From: an uncultured Gemmatimonadales bacterium
GTDB taxonomy: Bacteria; Gemmatimonadota; Gemmatimonadetes; Gemmatimonadales; GWC2-71-9
Direction of reading: 5' to 3'
Assembly: GCA_963844035.1 (NCBI GenBank)
Contig: CAWJMT010000003.1
Coordinates: 1 to 64,000, forward strand
Length of the DNA stretch: 64,000 bases
The notes below the pieces were generated by a model. It was not told the DNA's origin. It saw only the letters and a list, made by a program, of their open reading frames with translations, and did not search any database. Below are positions 12,139 through 23,705 of the stretch, one piece after another; within the stretch, counting starts at the first letter, position 1; each line of letters starts with the position of its first letter. Both the position numbers and the translations under genes were made by a program.

Positions 12139-13763
12139 AGGCGGGAGGGCGGATGGCGGGAAGGCGGGTGGGCGGGTGGGCGGGTCGTGTGGTGAGCCTG
12201 ATGACGGTGTTGCTTCCCGCGCTCCCGCCTACCCGCCTTCCCGCCCAATCTCTCTGGCGCCCCGACGAGCGCGCACTGATCAGCGATTTCTCGTACGTTC
12301 GCGCGATCGCCGCTTCTCCTTCGCTGGTCTTCGCCGCCACGAATTACGGCCTGACAATCTACGACCGGCTGGCGCGCGCCTGGCAGCTCCCGGTCACCGC
12401 ATTGGACGGCTACCCGAGCGCGCCGGTGCGCGTGGCGCTCGCCGATCTCGTCGGCAACGCCGTCTGGTTGGGCACCGACCAGGGATGGGCACGCTACGAC
12501 GCCGATATCCGCCGTTGGGACGCAGGGTACGCCGCGGGGGGCGTGAGCAATCTCATGCTCGACGCCGCTGATCCCGCGGGCGGCGTGTACCTCTGGACCG
12601 GAACGGGCTGGGGCTTCCTGCCGCGCGGCATGCTGGCGCCGATTGCGGGGCAGCCGCTCCCCGCTCCAGGCCGCCGCGTGGTCCCGCTCACTCCCGAAGC
12701 CGCGCTGCAAATGGCGCCGGCGGCGGATGCACTCCGCGCGTTCCTGCTCACCGATGCACGGCTGCGCACCGCCCGGTTCACCTGCGCCACGCGCACACCG
12801 GACCGCTCGGACCTGTTCTTCGGCACGAGCGGTTTGGGTGTCACGCGGTTTGACGCGACGACCACCGAACGGGAACCGCTGCCGTTCGGGCTGCTCGCAC
12901 CCAGCGCGGGCGCGGTAGCGATGGGGAGGGACGGCGTCTGGGTGGCGAGCCTGTCGCGCGTCGGTGAGCGCAGCGGGCTGACCTGGGTCGCGGCCGACCT
13001 CACGGCCGCCAACACGTTCCAGGGCTCGGGAGTGGCCGGCTTCGGCTGTCTCGAGGGCCGCCGTCTGCTTGCCGACGCATCGTTCCTGTGGCTCGCCTGC
13101 GAGCGCGGCGTGCTGAAGATCGATGTGGAGAACGACCGGAGCCGGCTCTTCGAGGCGCACGGAGTGTTGCCCGATGCTGTTCTGAGTCTCGCGCCGGCCC
13201 CGGATGGCGTGTGGGTGGGCACGGCGCGCGGGCTCGCGCGCGTGACACCCGATGACCGGGTGGTCATGGTCGGCGCGTTCACACATCCCGTTCTCTCCCT
13301 CCTCGCCGTGCGCGACAGTCTGTGGGTCGGCACCACCGCCGGGCTTGGGCTGCTACGCAGCGGCGACGACGAAGTGGGTGTGCCCCCCGAGATCGCGGAT
13401 CAGGCGGCGTTGCATGCGCCGATTCTCGCGCTCGCCGCCGTAGGCGATGTGCTCGTCGTCGTGACCCAGGACCAGTTCGCCTGGCACGATCCCGCCACCA
13501 ACCGTTGGACCATGGTGCATGCCCGCACGGACCTGGGCGCGATCACCGCGCTCGCGGGTGATCCCGGAGACGGGGGCGTATGGATCGCGGGGACGACCGG
13601 GCTGGCGTTCTGGGAGCTGCCACGCGGCACGTTCCACGTCCTGCGGGCGCCCGACGACGTCCCCGCCGCGGTCCACGACGTGGCCGTGGATGCGCATTAC
13701 GTCTGGGTCGCGACCGACGGTGGGCTCGTCCGCTTCACCCGATCCGCGGCGTTGGGCAGATGA
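12135..13763 (+). CDS. Secreted beta-propeller protein (hypothetical)
   Basis: Signal-peptide-like N-terminus; repeated VWLGT/VWVGT..GL/VWVATDGGL blades. Confidence 0.75.
   Translation: MKAGGRMAGRRVGGWAGRVVSLMTVLLPALPPTRLPAQSLWRPDERALISDFSYVRAIAASPSLVFAATNYGLTIYDRLARAWQLPVTALDGYPSAPVRVALADLVGNAVWLGTDQGWARYDADIRRWDAGYAAGGVSNLMLDAADPAGGVYLWTGTGWGFLPRGMLAPIAGQPLPAPGRRVVPLTPEAALQMAPAADALRAFLLTDARLRTARFTCATRTPDRSDLFFGTSGLGVTRFDATTTEREPLPFGLLAPSAGAVAMGRDGVWVASLSRVGERSGLTWVAADLTAANTFQGSGVAGFGCLEGRRLLADASFLWLACERGVLKIDVENDRSRLFEAHGVLPDAVLSLAPAPDGVWVGTARGLARVTPDDRVVMVGAFTHPVLSLLAVRDSLWVGTTAGLGLLRSGDDEVGVPPEIADQAALHAPILALAAVGDVLVVVTQDQFAWHDPATNRWTMVHARTDLGAITALAGDPGDGGVWIAGTTGLAFWELPRGTFHVLRAPDDVPAAVHDVAVDAHYVWVATDGGLVRFTRSAALGR
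12140..12248. repeat. Two mutually inverted arrays of 8-bp repeats inside the signal-peptide coding region
   Basis: GCGGG-core units 12140-12186; CCCGC-core units cccgcgct cccgccta cccgcctt cccgccca 12216-12248. Confidence 0.7.
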
Positions 13764-14721
13764 GCGCCAACCTGCGACTCGGCCCCGGCGCAGAGTTCGA
13801 TCGGCTGCGCGCGATTTTCGCCCGGATGGGATCAGCGGCACAAGGGCTCGGTGACGACACCGCGCTGCTCCGGCTTGGAGGCACGACGTTGGCCGTCAGC
13901 ACGGACATCAGTCTCGAAGGGGTCCACTTTCACACCGCGTGGCTGTCGTTCAGCGAGATTGGGTGGCGCGCGACGGCGGCGGCACTTTCGGACCTCGCAG
14001 CCGAGGGAGCGAAACCGGTTGGAGTGCTTGTGTCGCTCGGAGTACCGGGGGGAAGAGGGAAGAGAGAAGAGGGACGGGGTGACGATGCGGCCGAGATCAT
14101 GGCGGGCGTGGCGGCAGCGGCGAAGAGCGTGGGAGCCAAGGTGCTGGGTGGCGACCTGGTGCGCTCGGAGCGTTACATCGTGGACGTGTGCGTCCTGGGC
14201 ACGGCTGTGCGCCCGGTGCGCCGCAGCGGAGCGCGTGCCGGCGACGGTGTCTGGGTGACCGGGGAGCTCGGTGGGGTAGCACGCGCGCTCAAGGCATTTC
14301 GCTCGAGGGTCGCACCTGAGGGAGCGCTACGCGAGCGGTTTTCCCGGCCCATGCCCCGCATTGCGGCGGGGCGCTGGCTGGCGCGCCGTGGCGCGCGCGC
14401 CATGATCGACATTTCGGACGGGCTCGCCGCCGATGCCGGCCACCTCGCGGCCGCATCGGGCGTCGCACTTGAGATCGAGCTGGAGCGGATCCCCTGCTGG
14501 TCCGGGACGACCCCGCGCGACGCGCTCGCGAGCGGTGAGGAGTACGAGCTGCTGGTCGCCCTGCCGAAGAGCTTCGGGGAGCGGAGCGCGCGCGGGTTCA
14601 CGCGCGCGACCGGTCTTGCGCTCACGCCCATCGGGCGCTGCGCCAAGGGAACGGGTGTGCGGCTCATCGAAGCGGGTCGTCCGGTGGCGGCGCCCGCAGG
14701 CTTCGATCATTTCGCCCCTCC

Positions 14722-14725
<4 letters not shown>
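13760..14725 (+). CDS. thiL: Thiamine-monophosphate kinase
   Basis: GLGDDTA, STD...EGVHF, LSDLAAEGA, GGD, AMIDISDGL, SGEEYELL, GFDHF. Confidence 0.93.
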
Positions 14726-17106
<2,381 letters not shown>

Positions 17107-17187
17107 CGCCCTGAGGAACTATCGTTTCCCCCAGGTGGTATCGCTGGGGAGCTTGTATCGCCGCACCCATCACGAAATGAGGATCCA

Positions 17188-17988
17188 ATGCGTGTTTCCA
17201 GACTGCTAACGGCAAGCGGGTCGGGACTACTGGCGTTCGTGCTGGCATGCGGCAAAGGTGAGAAGGCGTCGTTCGGCGAGGGGATGGGCGCGCCGCCGGG
17301 AGCGACGGTCGGTGCGCCAGCCGTCGCCTCGAGCGGCGCCCTGGGGACGGGGACGATCACGGGCTCGATCAAGTTCGTCGGCAAGGCGCCCGCCAACCCG
17401 GCCATTGACATGGGTGAGGAGCCGAAGTGCAAGGCCGAATACACCTCCACGCCCCACGAGCAGGTCGTGGTGGTGAATCCCAACGGGACACTCGCGGACG
17501 TGTTCGTGTACGTGAAGGCGGGCCTGCCGGCCGGCGCGACGTATCCGGTGCCAAGTACACCCGTGGTGATCGACCAGAAGGGATGCATGTACCATCCGCG
17601 CGTCTTCGGCATCATGGTCGGACAGCGGCTCCAGATCGCCAACAGCGACCCGTTGCTGCACAACATCAAGGCGTTGGGAAAGCAGAACCGTCCCTTCAAC
17701 ATCAGCCAGCCCACGGCGGGCATGACGACGGACCGCGTCTTTGCGGCGCCCGAAGTCATGCTGCGGTTCGAGTGCAACGTGCACGGCTGGATGCACGCGT
17801 ACGTGGGCGTGCTGCCCCATCCTTTCTTCTCGACGACGGGCGGGGACGGCACCTTTACGATCAAGAATCTTCCGGCGGGTACGTACACGATCGAGGCGTG
17901 GCATGACGCCTTCGGCGCGGCGACAGCCTCCGTGACGGTGCACGAGGGTGAGACTGCATCGGCGGTCTTCACGTACGCGCCGAAGTAG
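17188..17988 (+). CDS. Lipoprotein with carboxypeptidase-regulatory-like and cupredoxin-like domains
   Basis: Lipobox VLAC; DQKGCMYHPRV, NSDPLLHNI, CNVHGWM, GTFTIKNLPAGTYTIEAWH. Confidence 0.8.
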   Translation: MRVSRLLTASGSGLLAFVLACGKGEKASFGEGMGAPPGATVGAPAVASSGALGTGTITGSIKFVGKAPANPAIDMGEEPKCKAEYTSTPHEQVVVVNPNGTLADVFVYVKAGLPAGATYPVPSTPVVIDQKGCMYHPRVFGIMVGQRLQIANSDPLLHNIKALGKQNRPFNISQPTAGMTTDRVFAAPEVMLRFECNVHGWMHAYVGVLPHPFFSTTGGDGTFTIKNLPAGTYTIEAWHDAFGAATASVTVHEGETASAVFTYAPK

Positions 17989-18018
17989 GCGGGAACCGCC
18001 GCGCGCCGAACGTGGTTT

Positions 18019-18228
18019 GTGGAGGACACCCCAACCCTGGGGGATCGATTGCGCCCGAAGACGACCAGGAAACGCGCTGTGAAACGTGCTGCCGCACCCT
18101 GCCCGCACCGCGCGCAGCACGAGACCGACTGGCTCGGTCGAACCTACGTCGGCTGTCCCGTGTGCCGCACGTGGAAACCCGTCAAGCCGCGTGCGGCGGT
18201 GGCCGACGCGCGACGCTGGGCGGCCTAG
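18019..18228 (+). CDS. Small basic hypothetical protein, possible Zn ribbon (start uncertain)
   Basis: CPH...H...CPVC; stop codon lies directly before the terminator hairpin. Confidence 0.4.
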   Translation: MEDTPTLGDRLRPKTTRKRAVKRAAAPCPHRAQHETDWLGRTYVGCPVCRTWKPVKPRAAVADARRWAA

Positions 18229-18231
18229 AAG

Positions 18232-18281
18232 AAAAAGTCCGGGAGCGCAGGCGATGCAGCCACCTGCGCTCCCGGATTTTT
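18232..18281. terminator. Bidirectional intrinsic terminator between convergent genes
   Basis: AAAAAG-TCCGGGAGCGCAGG-loop-CCTGCGCTCCCGGA-TTTTT. Confidence 0.85.
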
Positions 18282-18319
18282 GCTCTGCAGTTTCAATATC
18301 TCAGCAAGTCAGCACTTCT

Positions 18320-19714
18320 CTAGTCATCATCTCCGTCGTGGTCCCCATCATGCCCATGCCCATGACCGCGGCCGTGGGCCTTCCCGGTGTGGCCGAAGAC
18401 CGTGATGCAACCCGTCGCCTGATAGCCGAACGGAGTGCATGCCGTCCTGTTCGCGGACGCCTGGACGATCGTGAAGATGAGGTTCCGATCTCCAAAGGCT
18501 GCGGGATTCGCGCCGCCGGTGTCCGGTACGTTCTCCACCCACTGGGCGGTGCGCGCATCGATAACGCCGACCACGTTCCCAACGGTCGTGTAGAAGTTGC
18601 CGTCGCCGGTACCGTAGGTCGTCTCGTTGCCACCGGCGACCTGCGTGATGCCGGTGTTGATGAACTCGCCGGTCCGCGCATTCATGATGATCGGCCTGCC
18701 GCACGCCGGAATCACCATGTGTTGACGGGGTCCGAGCGCTGGATCATTGATGCCGAATGTGCGCCCGGTAGGATTGGCGGCTGTCACCGGGACTGTGATC
18801 CCCAGCGCCGTGCAATCGATGTCGAACTGGTTTTCGACGACGAACGGGCGCACTCTGGGATTGATGGTCGCCACGTACTGGTGATACAGCTCGGTGACGA
18901 CTCCTCCCGTGACGACCTGTCGTCCTGACACTGCGGTCACGATGCGGCGGGTCCCTGGGTCCCACAGCGGTGCTTCCTGCCCGCGGCGATTCGGGAACGA
19001 GATCGTGCCGACGATGTTGTACGGGGGCCGCGCGGAAACGAAGGTCGCGTACGTGTCGATCGCGCCATGCGGGGCCGCGACGGCAAGCGGTGAAGGATTC
19101 TGGATGAAGATGAGATCGTGCAGTGGATCATAGGTGATCTCATTCGTACGACCGCAGTAATGCGTGGTCGCCGTCCCGCCGTCGCATGCCGGGATCGACG
19201 TGTTGATCGTTGCGACGATCTGCTTGAGATTGCGGACGTCCACCACGTACAGCTGGCTGTTGCCGTCCGCCACCCAGGCGCGCCCACGTTTGTCGAGCAC
19301 CACGCTGCTGGGTCCGGCGCCGTTCGTGGTCGGCGTGCCGCCGCCGGCCGTGGCGTTGCCGATCATGCCCCCCACACGGAACAGGAAGGCGAGGTCATTG
19401 GCATCGAACACGTCCAAGCCGGCGTTCGACTGGTCGGTGAGGTAGTAGCGGTCACCATCGACCCAGCCCTTGGTGCCGTTCGCGAGCGCGAGCGGGCCCG
19501 GCGCCTGGATGGCGCAGAGCAGCACGACGGACGAGTCCGGGTTCCCCCCATGTTTGTTCTTGACGGCATCGACGCACGAGGGATCAGTCGGGGGCGGGGG
19601 CGGCGCATTCTTGTGGAGCGATGCAGCAAGATCTGGAGCCACGGGCTGCTGGGTATCGCAGCTGAGCGCGACTACCGCGATGATGGCAGCAAGAAACAGG
19701 GAACTAATTTTCAT
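18320..19714 (-). CDS. YncE/YVTN-like beta-propeller lipoprotein with His/Asp-rich C-terminal tail
   Basis: MKISS...VALSC lipobox; propeller-like repeats; tail HTGKAHGRGHGHGHDGDHDGDDD. Confidence 0.75.
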   Translation of the reverse strand: MKISSLFLAAIIAVVALSCDTQQPVAPDLAASLHKNAPPPPPTDPSCVDAVKNKHGGNPDSSVVLLCAIQAPGPLALANGTKGWVDGDRYYLTDQSNAGLDVFDANDLAFLFRVGGMIGNATAGGGTPTTNGAGPSSVVLDKRGRAWVADGNSQLYVVDVRNLKQIVATINTSIPACDGGTATTHYCGRTNEITYDPLHDLIFIQNPSPLAVAAPHGAIDTYATFVSARPPYNIVGTISFPNRRGQEAPLWDPGTRRIVTAVSGRQVVTGGVVTELYHQYVATINPRVRPFVVENQFDIDCTALGITVPVTAANPTGRTFGINDPALGPRQHMVIPACGRPIIMNARTGEFINTGITQVAGGNETTYGTGDGNFYTTVGNVVGVIDARTAQWVENVPDTGGANPAAFGDRNLIFTIVQASANRTACTPFGYQATGCITVFGHTGKAHGRGHGHGHDGDHDGDDD

Positions 19715-20062
19715 ACAAACCTCCGATGGAGGGCCCGCGGGCTGCTCGGTGCAGACACGTGGAGACGGCAAGTCTCCGTGCGCGTGAGGCCGAGCGCGAG
19801 CGTTGCCCGTGCGTGACGGGAGCCAATGGGCGGGTGATCTCTCGATCGGGGTGGCGTCGGACGGCGGCGTCAGAGCGAGGAAGAGATGACCAGCAACGAT
19901 CCGAGGCCATCAGCCCTACAGCGGAAAACATACGTTTCGCGTCGCAACCCGCTAGCCCCTCGGCGGACGAGATCGTCGGACGATTCGTTGAACTGATGCA
20001 CGCCTGCAACAGGTCCCTCCCACAGAGTCCGACGACTCGCTAAGTTCTCCGCTGCAAATCTT

Positions 20063-20136
20063 GGCGGCGTAGCTCAGCTGGCTAGAGCAGCGGAATCATA
20101 ATCCGCGGGTCGTCGGTTCGAGTCCGACCGCCGCTA
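20063..20136 (+). tRNA. tRNA-Met (CAT), elongator-like; CCA not encoded
   Basis: GGCGGCG acceptor stem, TAGCTCAG, anticodon arm GCGGA-ATCATAA-TCCGC, GGTTCGAGTCC. Confidence 0.93.
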
Positions 20137-20196
20137 CTGGTTGCGTAACGAGTTACACGAGTCGGTTCGTTGGTCACTGTGTCAAATTGTGTCAGT

Positions 20197-20245
20197 CAAC
20201 GCGAGGCGCCGAGCGGGACACGACCCGTTCGGCGCCTTCGTGTTG
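20197..20245. other. Long GC-rich hairpin downstream of tRNA-Met
   Basis: CAACGCGAGGCGCCGAGCGGG-acacga-CCCGTTCGGCGCCTTCGTGTTG. Confidence 0.6.
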
Positions 20246-20302
20246 GTACTCGCGGGGTGCGAACCGCGCGACATATTAGCGTAGCCAAAAGGGAGGTGTC
20301 GT

Positions 20303-20929
20303 ATGGACCCTGACGTTTTGCGGTTCCGCCGCCTGGCTTTGTCCGCCGCCATCGGCGCGGGCACGCTGGGCGGGTGCGCGTTGACCACGCGCAACGCCAC
20401 CCTGATCTACCCGCCAGCCTCGTCGCAAGGAGCGGTGGCCGTCGCGCAGGCCGCGACTCCGCCCACACCGAGTGGCATCACGATCGCCGTCCTCCCTTTC
20501 GTGGATCAACGAGCTGATAAAACGAAGGTCGGCGACGTGCGCAACGGTTTTGGAATGAAGCTCGCGCCAATTCGGACGGTGAACAGTGTCCCCGAGTGGG
20601 TCCGGGATGCAGTGGCGCTGGAACTGAAAAATGCTGGCTATAACGCCGCTACCTCGACCACCGTCGCTGACTCATCGCTAGCCGTCGAGGGCGACATCCT
20701 AACGGTTCGTACGGACGCGTACCTGTCATATGGAGGGACGGTAGAGCTTCTCATTCGTCTGAGGAAGGGCGGGCGCGAACTCATCCGGCATTCCTACACA
20801 GGCAATGCCTCCGCAGGGACGAATTGGGGTGCGACAGCCAAGTCCTACGCCCAATCATTGGCGCTTGCCCTCGCCGACGCGTTGCGCCAGATCGTGGCCG
20901 ATGTGGGAAGAGCCGCCACGTCGGAGTAG
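20303..20929 (+). CDS. YajG-like lipoprotein (hypothetical)
   Basis: LGGC lipobox; FVDQRADKTKVGDVRNGFGM; GGGAGG RBS; lower GC than flanks. Confidence 0.7.
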   Translation: MDPDVLRFRRLALSAAIGAGTLGGCALTTRNATLIYPPASSQGAVAVAQAATPPTPSGITIAVLPFVDQRADKTKVGDVRNGFGMKLAPIRTVNSVPEWVRDAVALELKNAGYNAATSTTVADSSLAVEGDILTVRTDAYLSYGGTVELLIRLRKGGRELIRHSYTGNASAGTNWGATAKSYAQSLALALADALRQIVADVGRAATSE

Positions 20930-20980
20930 AACTGCGGTGCAGCGTAAGCAAGTGCGTGACGCTTTAGCGCGAGCCTCAGC

Positions 20981-22413
20981 ATGAGGCTGCTACGAGTCGA
21001 AACCCCCCTGGGGCTGTTCTCGGTGCTCTGGGCCGTTGGGGCCGCGCTGCACGATCTCGAGGACTCACCGCTGGACGGGTTGCCGCTCTATCCGTTTGCG
21101 GTGCTGCTCCTCCTGAACCCGGAGCGCATCTGGGCGATCGGAACCTTCGCCCTGGTCCATGCCTTCCTCCTCTTCCTGAAGCTTCCCGCCGCCGCCAATC
21201 ACTCGGTCCTCTCCCTGCTGGTGGACCTCGGCCTGCTGATCGGCTGCGTCCACGCGCTGCGCGGCGGCCCCGCCGCGTCGCAGGGCCGGCGGCTGCTGGG
21301 AGGCGCTGCGCGGCCCGGTCCAGGCCACCGTCGTCGTCGTCTACTGCTTCGCGGTCTTCCACAAGCTCAACAGCTCGTTTTTCGATCCCGAGGTGAGCTG
21401 CGCCGTCACCCAGCTGGCCAAGCTGTTTCGCATGCACGGCCTGCATGACTGGCCTCAGGACCTGTCGACGCTCAGTTTCAACATGTATCTCACGCCCCTC
21501 GCCGAAGCCGCGATTCCGATCTTGCTTCTGTGGCCGCGGTTCGCCCACGTCGGCGCCCTGACCGGCTTGCTCTTCCACACCGGTGTGGCGTGGGCCCGCT
21601 TCTTCGATTTCGCCACCGTGGTGTTCGCGCTGTACCTGTTCTTCCTTCCGTGGGAGGAGATCGAGAAGAGCGCGGCGCGTATTCCGCGGTGGGCGGGGAG
21701 GTGCTTCCTTGCGTGTTTCACGGCGCTGGCCGCGACCAGCTTCTACTTCTATGGGATCCGAGGCGATCCGGCGATCATCGAGGGGCTGCGATGGAGCTTC
21801 GAGGCCGACACGCTGATCTGCCTCTTCTGGACGCTCATGATCCTGCCGATCCTGTTCCCGATCTTTTCAGTCGCGCAGCGACGCCCGGCGACCGCCGCTG
21901 GACCGGCGCCCCACTGGCGTGGCTGATCCCGGCGATCGCGCTGCTCAACGGCGCCACCTCGTATCTTGGGCTCAAGACGGTGGCGAACTACTCGATGTTC
22001 AGCAACCTGCGGACCGAAGGAGGCCGGACGAATCACTTCCTGGTGCCTGCGGGCCGGTTCTTCATCGCCGGCTACCAGAACGACCTGGTGCGCGGTCGTC
22101 GTCCGTTGATCAAGTGCTTCCCGACCGATGGCCGTGGTGGGTGCGACTGACCGGCATCCCCGACTCGCGCTGGGTCGCCGACGTCCCGGGCGTTCGCGTG
22201 CCGTTCTTCGAGGTGCGCCGGACCCTCCAGGCGTGGCGCGCAAGCGGCGGCCGCGGCGCATCAATTGTGTACGAGCGCGACGGCGAACGGCACAGCGTTG
22301 CGGACGCGTTCGCGGACACGGGAGTCATGCGGCCGATGTCGTTCTGGGAGCGGCGGTTTCTCGCCTTCCGCCCGGTCCAGGAGGATGGAGAGGAATCGGC
22401 ATGCCGCTGGTGA
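20981..22413 (+). CDS. Polytopic membrane protein, HTTM-like (frameshifts near 21290, 21890, 22110)
   Basis: Reconstructed VYCFAVFHKLNSSFFDPEVSCA, GLLFH, SYLGLKT..NYSMFSNLRTEG..TNH, C-terminal CRW. Confidence 0.6.
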
Positions 22414-23705
22414 TTCCGCGGGACCCGTGGCCACGGCTCAGCTCGCAAACGGCCGCCCGCGTCGCGATCGCCACGATTTACGCGCTGGTCCTCCTGGTGG
22501 CGCTCGCGGAGGTGACGCGGTCGCTGTCGCGGGCCGATCGGCTCGACTACACGAACTACCCGATTCTCGGCGAGGTCGTCCTGGCGGGCGGCGACCCCTA
22601 CGACAACGCGTACAACTCCTGGCCGCCGTTCTTTCTCCTCGTCGCGGCACTACTCGGCCTGGGGTCGCGGATCTCAAGCGTCGCCACCCTCGGCGTCTGG
22701 CAGCTGGCCAGCGTCCTGGCCGCATGGGGGAGCCTCAAGCTGCTCGTGCGGTGCTTCGTGCCCGACGGCCGCGCGCTCACCTTCTGGCCGCGCTCGCCCG
22801 ACCGGCTCGCGTTCGTGTCCGCGCCCGTGATCGTGCCGATGCTCTTCACCGCGCGACTGTTCCTCGACAACCTGCAGCACGGACAGATCAACGCCCAGCT
22901 CCTGTTCCTTGTGTTGCTCGCGTTCGTGCTGTTTCGCGAGGGGCGACCGGTCGCCGGCGCGTTCTCGCTCGCGCTCGCGGCGAGCATCAAGGCCGTGCCG
23001 GTCCTGTTGCTCGGGTACCTGGTGTACAAGCGCTGCTGGCGCGAGATCGGGTGGACCATTGGGTTCCTGGTGGTCCTCAACCTGGTCGTCCCGGTTGCGA
23101 TCTTCGGGGCCGATGAGGTCGCGACACAATGGAAGAGTTGGCACGCCGTGGTGGGCGGGGAGCTGCAGAAACCCATTGCGCACCACCCGAACCAGGCTCT
23201 TCAGTCGGCGTTGAAGCGCTACCTGACGGTCGAAGGCGGCAGCACCAATCCTCTACAGGTGTCGATCGCACCGTGGTCCACGGCCGCGGTGGCGCGGGTG
23301 TTCTGGTCTCTCGCCGCGCTGGCGCTGGCCGGCCTCGCGTGGGCGTTTCGGCGCAATCCGCGCGACCTGAGCGACCGGCGCTGTGCCGGAGAGTACGCCA
23401 TCTGTCTGGCGGCGATGACGCTGGTATCACCGCTCGCGTGGACGGCGCACTTCGTGACGCTGCTTGCGCCCGCGGTACTGGTATGGACCGCGCTGCGGGA
23501 GATGCCCGGCGGCACGGGCGCGCGGCGCTGGCGCCTAGGCGTGTGGTGGGTCGCGTTCGCCTGCGTGACATTCAGCGCGCAGGGATTCGTGGGATGGACG
23601 TGGTCGGGGCGGCTCGAGTCGTTGTCGGTGATCATGGTAGGGGCGCTGCTACTCGTCGGGCTGGCGGTCTCGCTCCTCCCGGCGCTCGCTCCACGGCGCG
23701 TTTAG
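22401..23705 (+). CDS. Glycosyltransferase family 87 (DUF2029, GT-C fold)
   Basis: DPY..YNSWPPFF, NLQHGQIN, LAASIKAVP, NQAL, LVSPLAWTAHF. Confidence 0.82.
   Translation: MPLVIPRDPWPRLSSQTAARVAIATIYALVLLVALAEVTRSLSRADRLDYTNYPILGEVVLAGGDPYDNAYNSWPPFFLLVAALLGLGSRISSVATLGVWQLASVLAAWGSLKLLVRCFVPDGRALTFWPRSPDRLAFVSAPVIVPMLFTARLFLDNLQHGQINAQLLFLVLLAFVLFREGRPVAGAFSLALAASIKAVPVLLLGYLVYKRCWREIGWTIGFLVVLNLVVPVAIFGADEVATQWKSWHAVVGGELQKPIAHHPNQALQSALKRYLTVEGGSTNPLQVSIAPWSTAAVARVFWSLAALALAGLAWAFRRNPRDLSDRRCAGEYAICLAAMTLVSPLAWTAHFVTLLAPAVLVWTALREMPGGTGARRWRLGVWWVAFACVTFSAQGFVGWTWSGRLESLSVIMVGALLLVGLAVSLLPALAPRRV

Noticed and set aside
19715..20062. Riboswitch or ncRNA upstream of the His-tailed lipoprotein
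   Set aside because: No Rfam-type consensus recognised by eye; an Infernal search would be needed.
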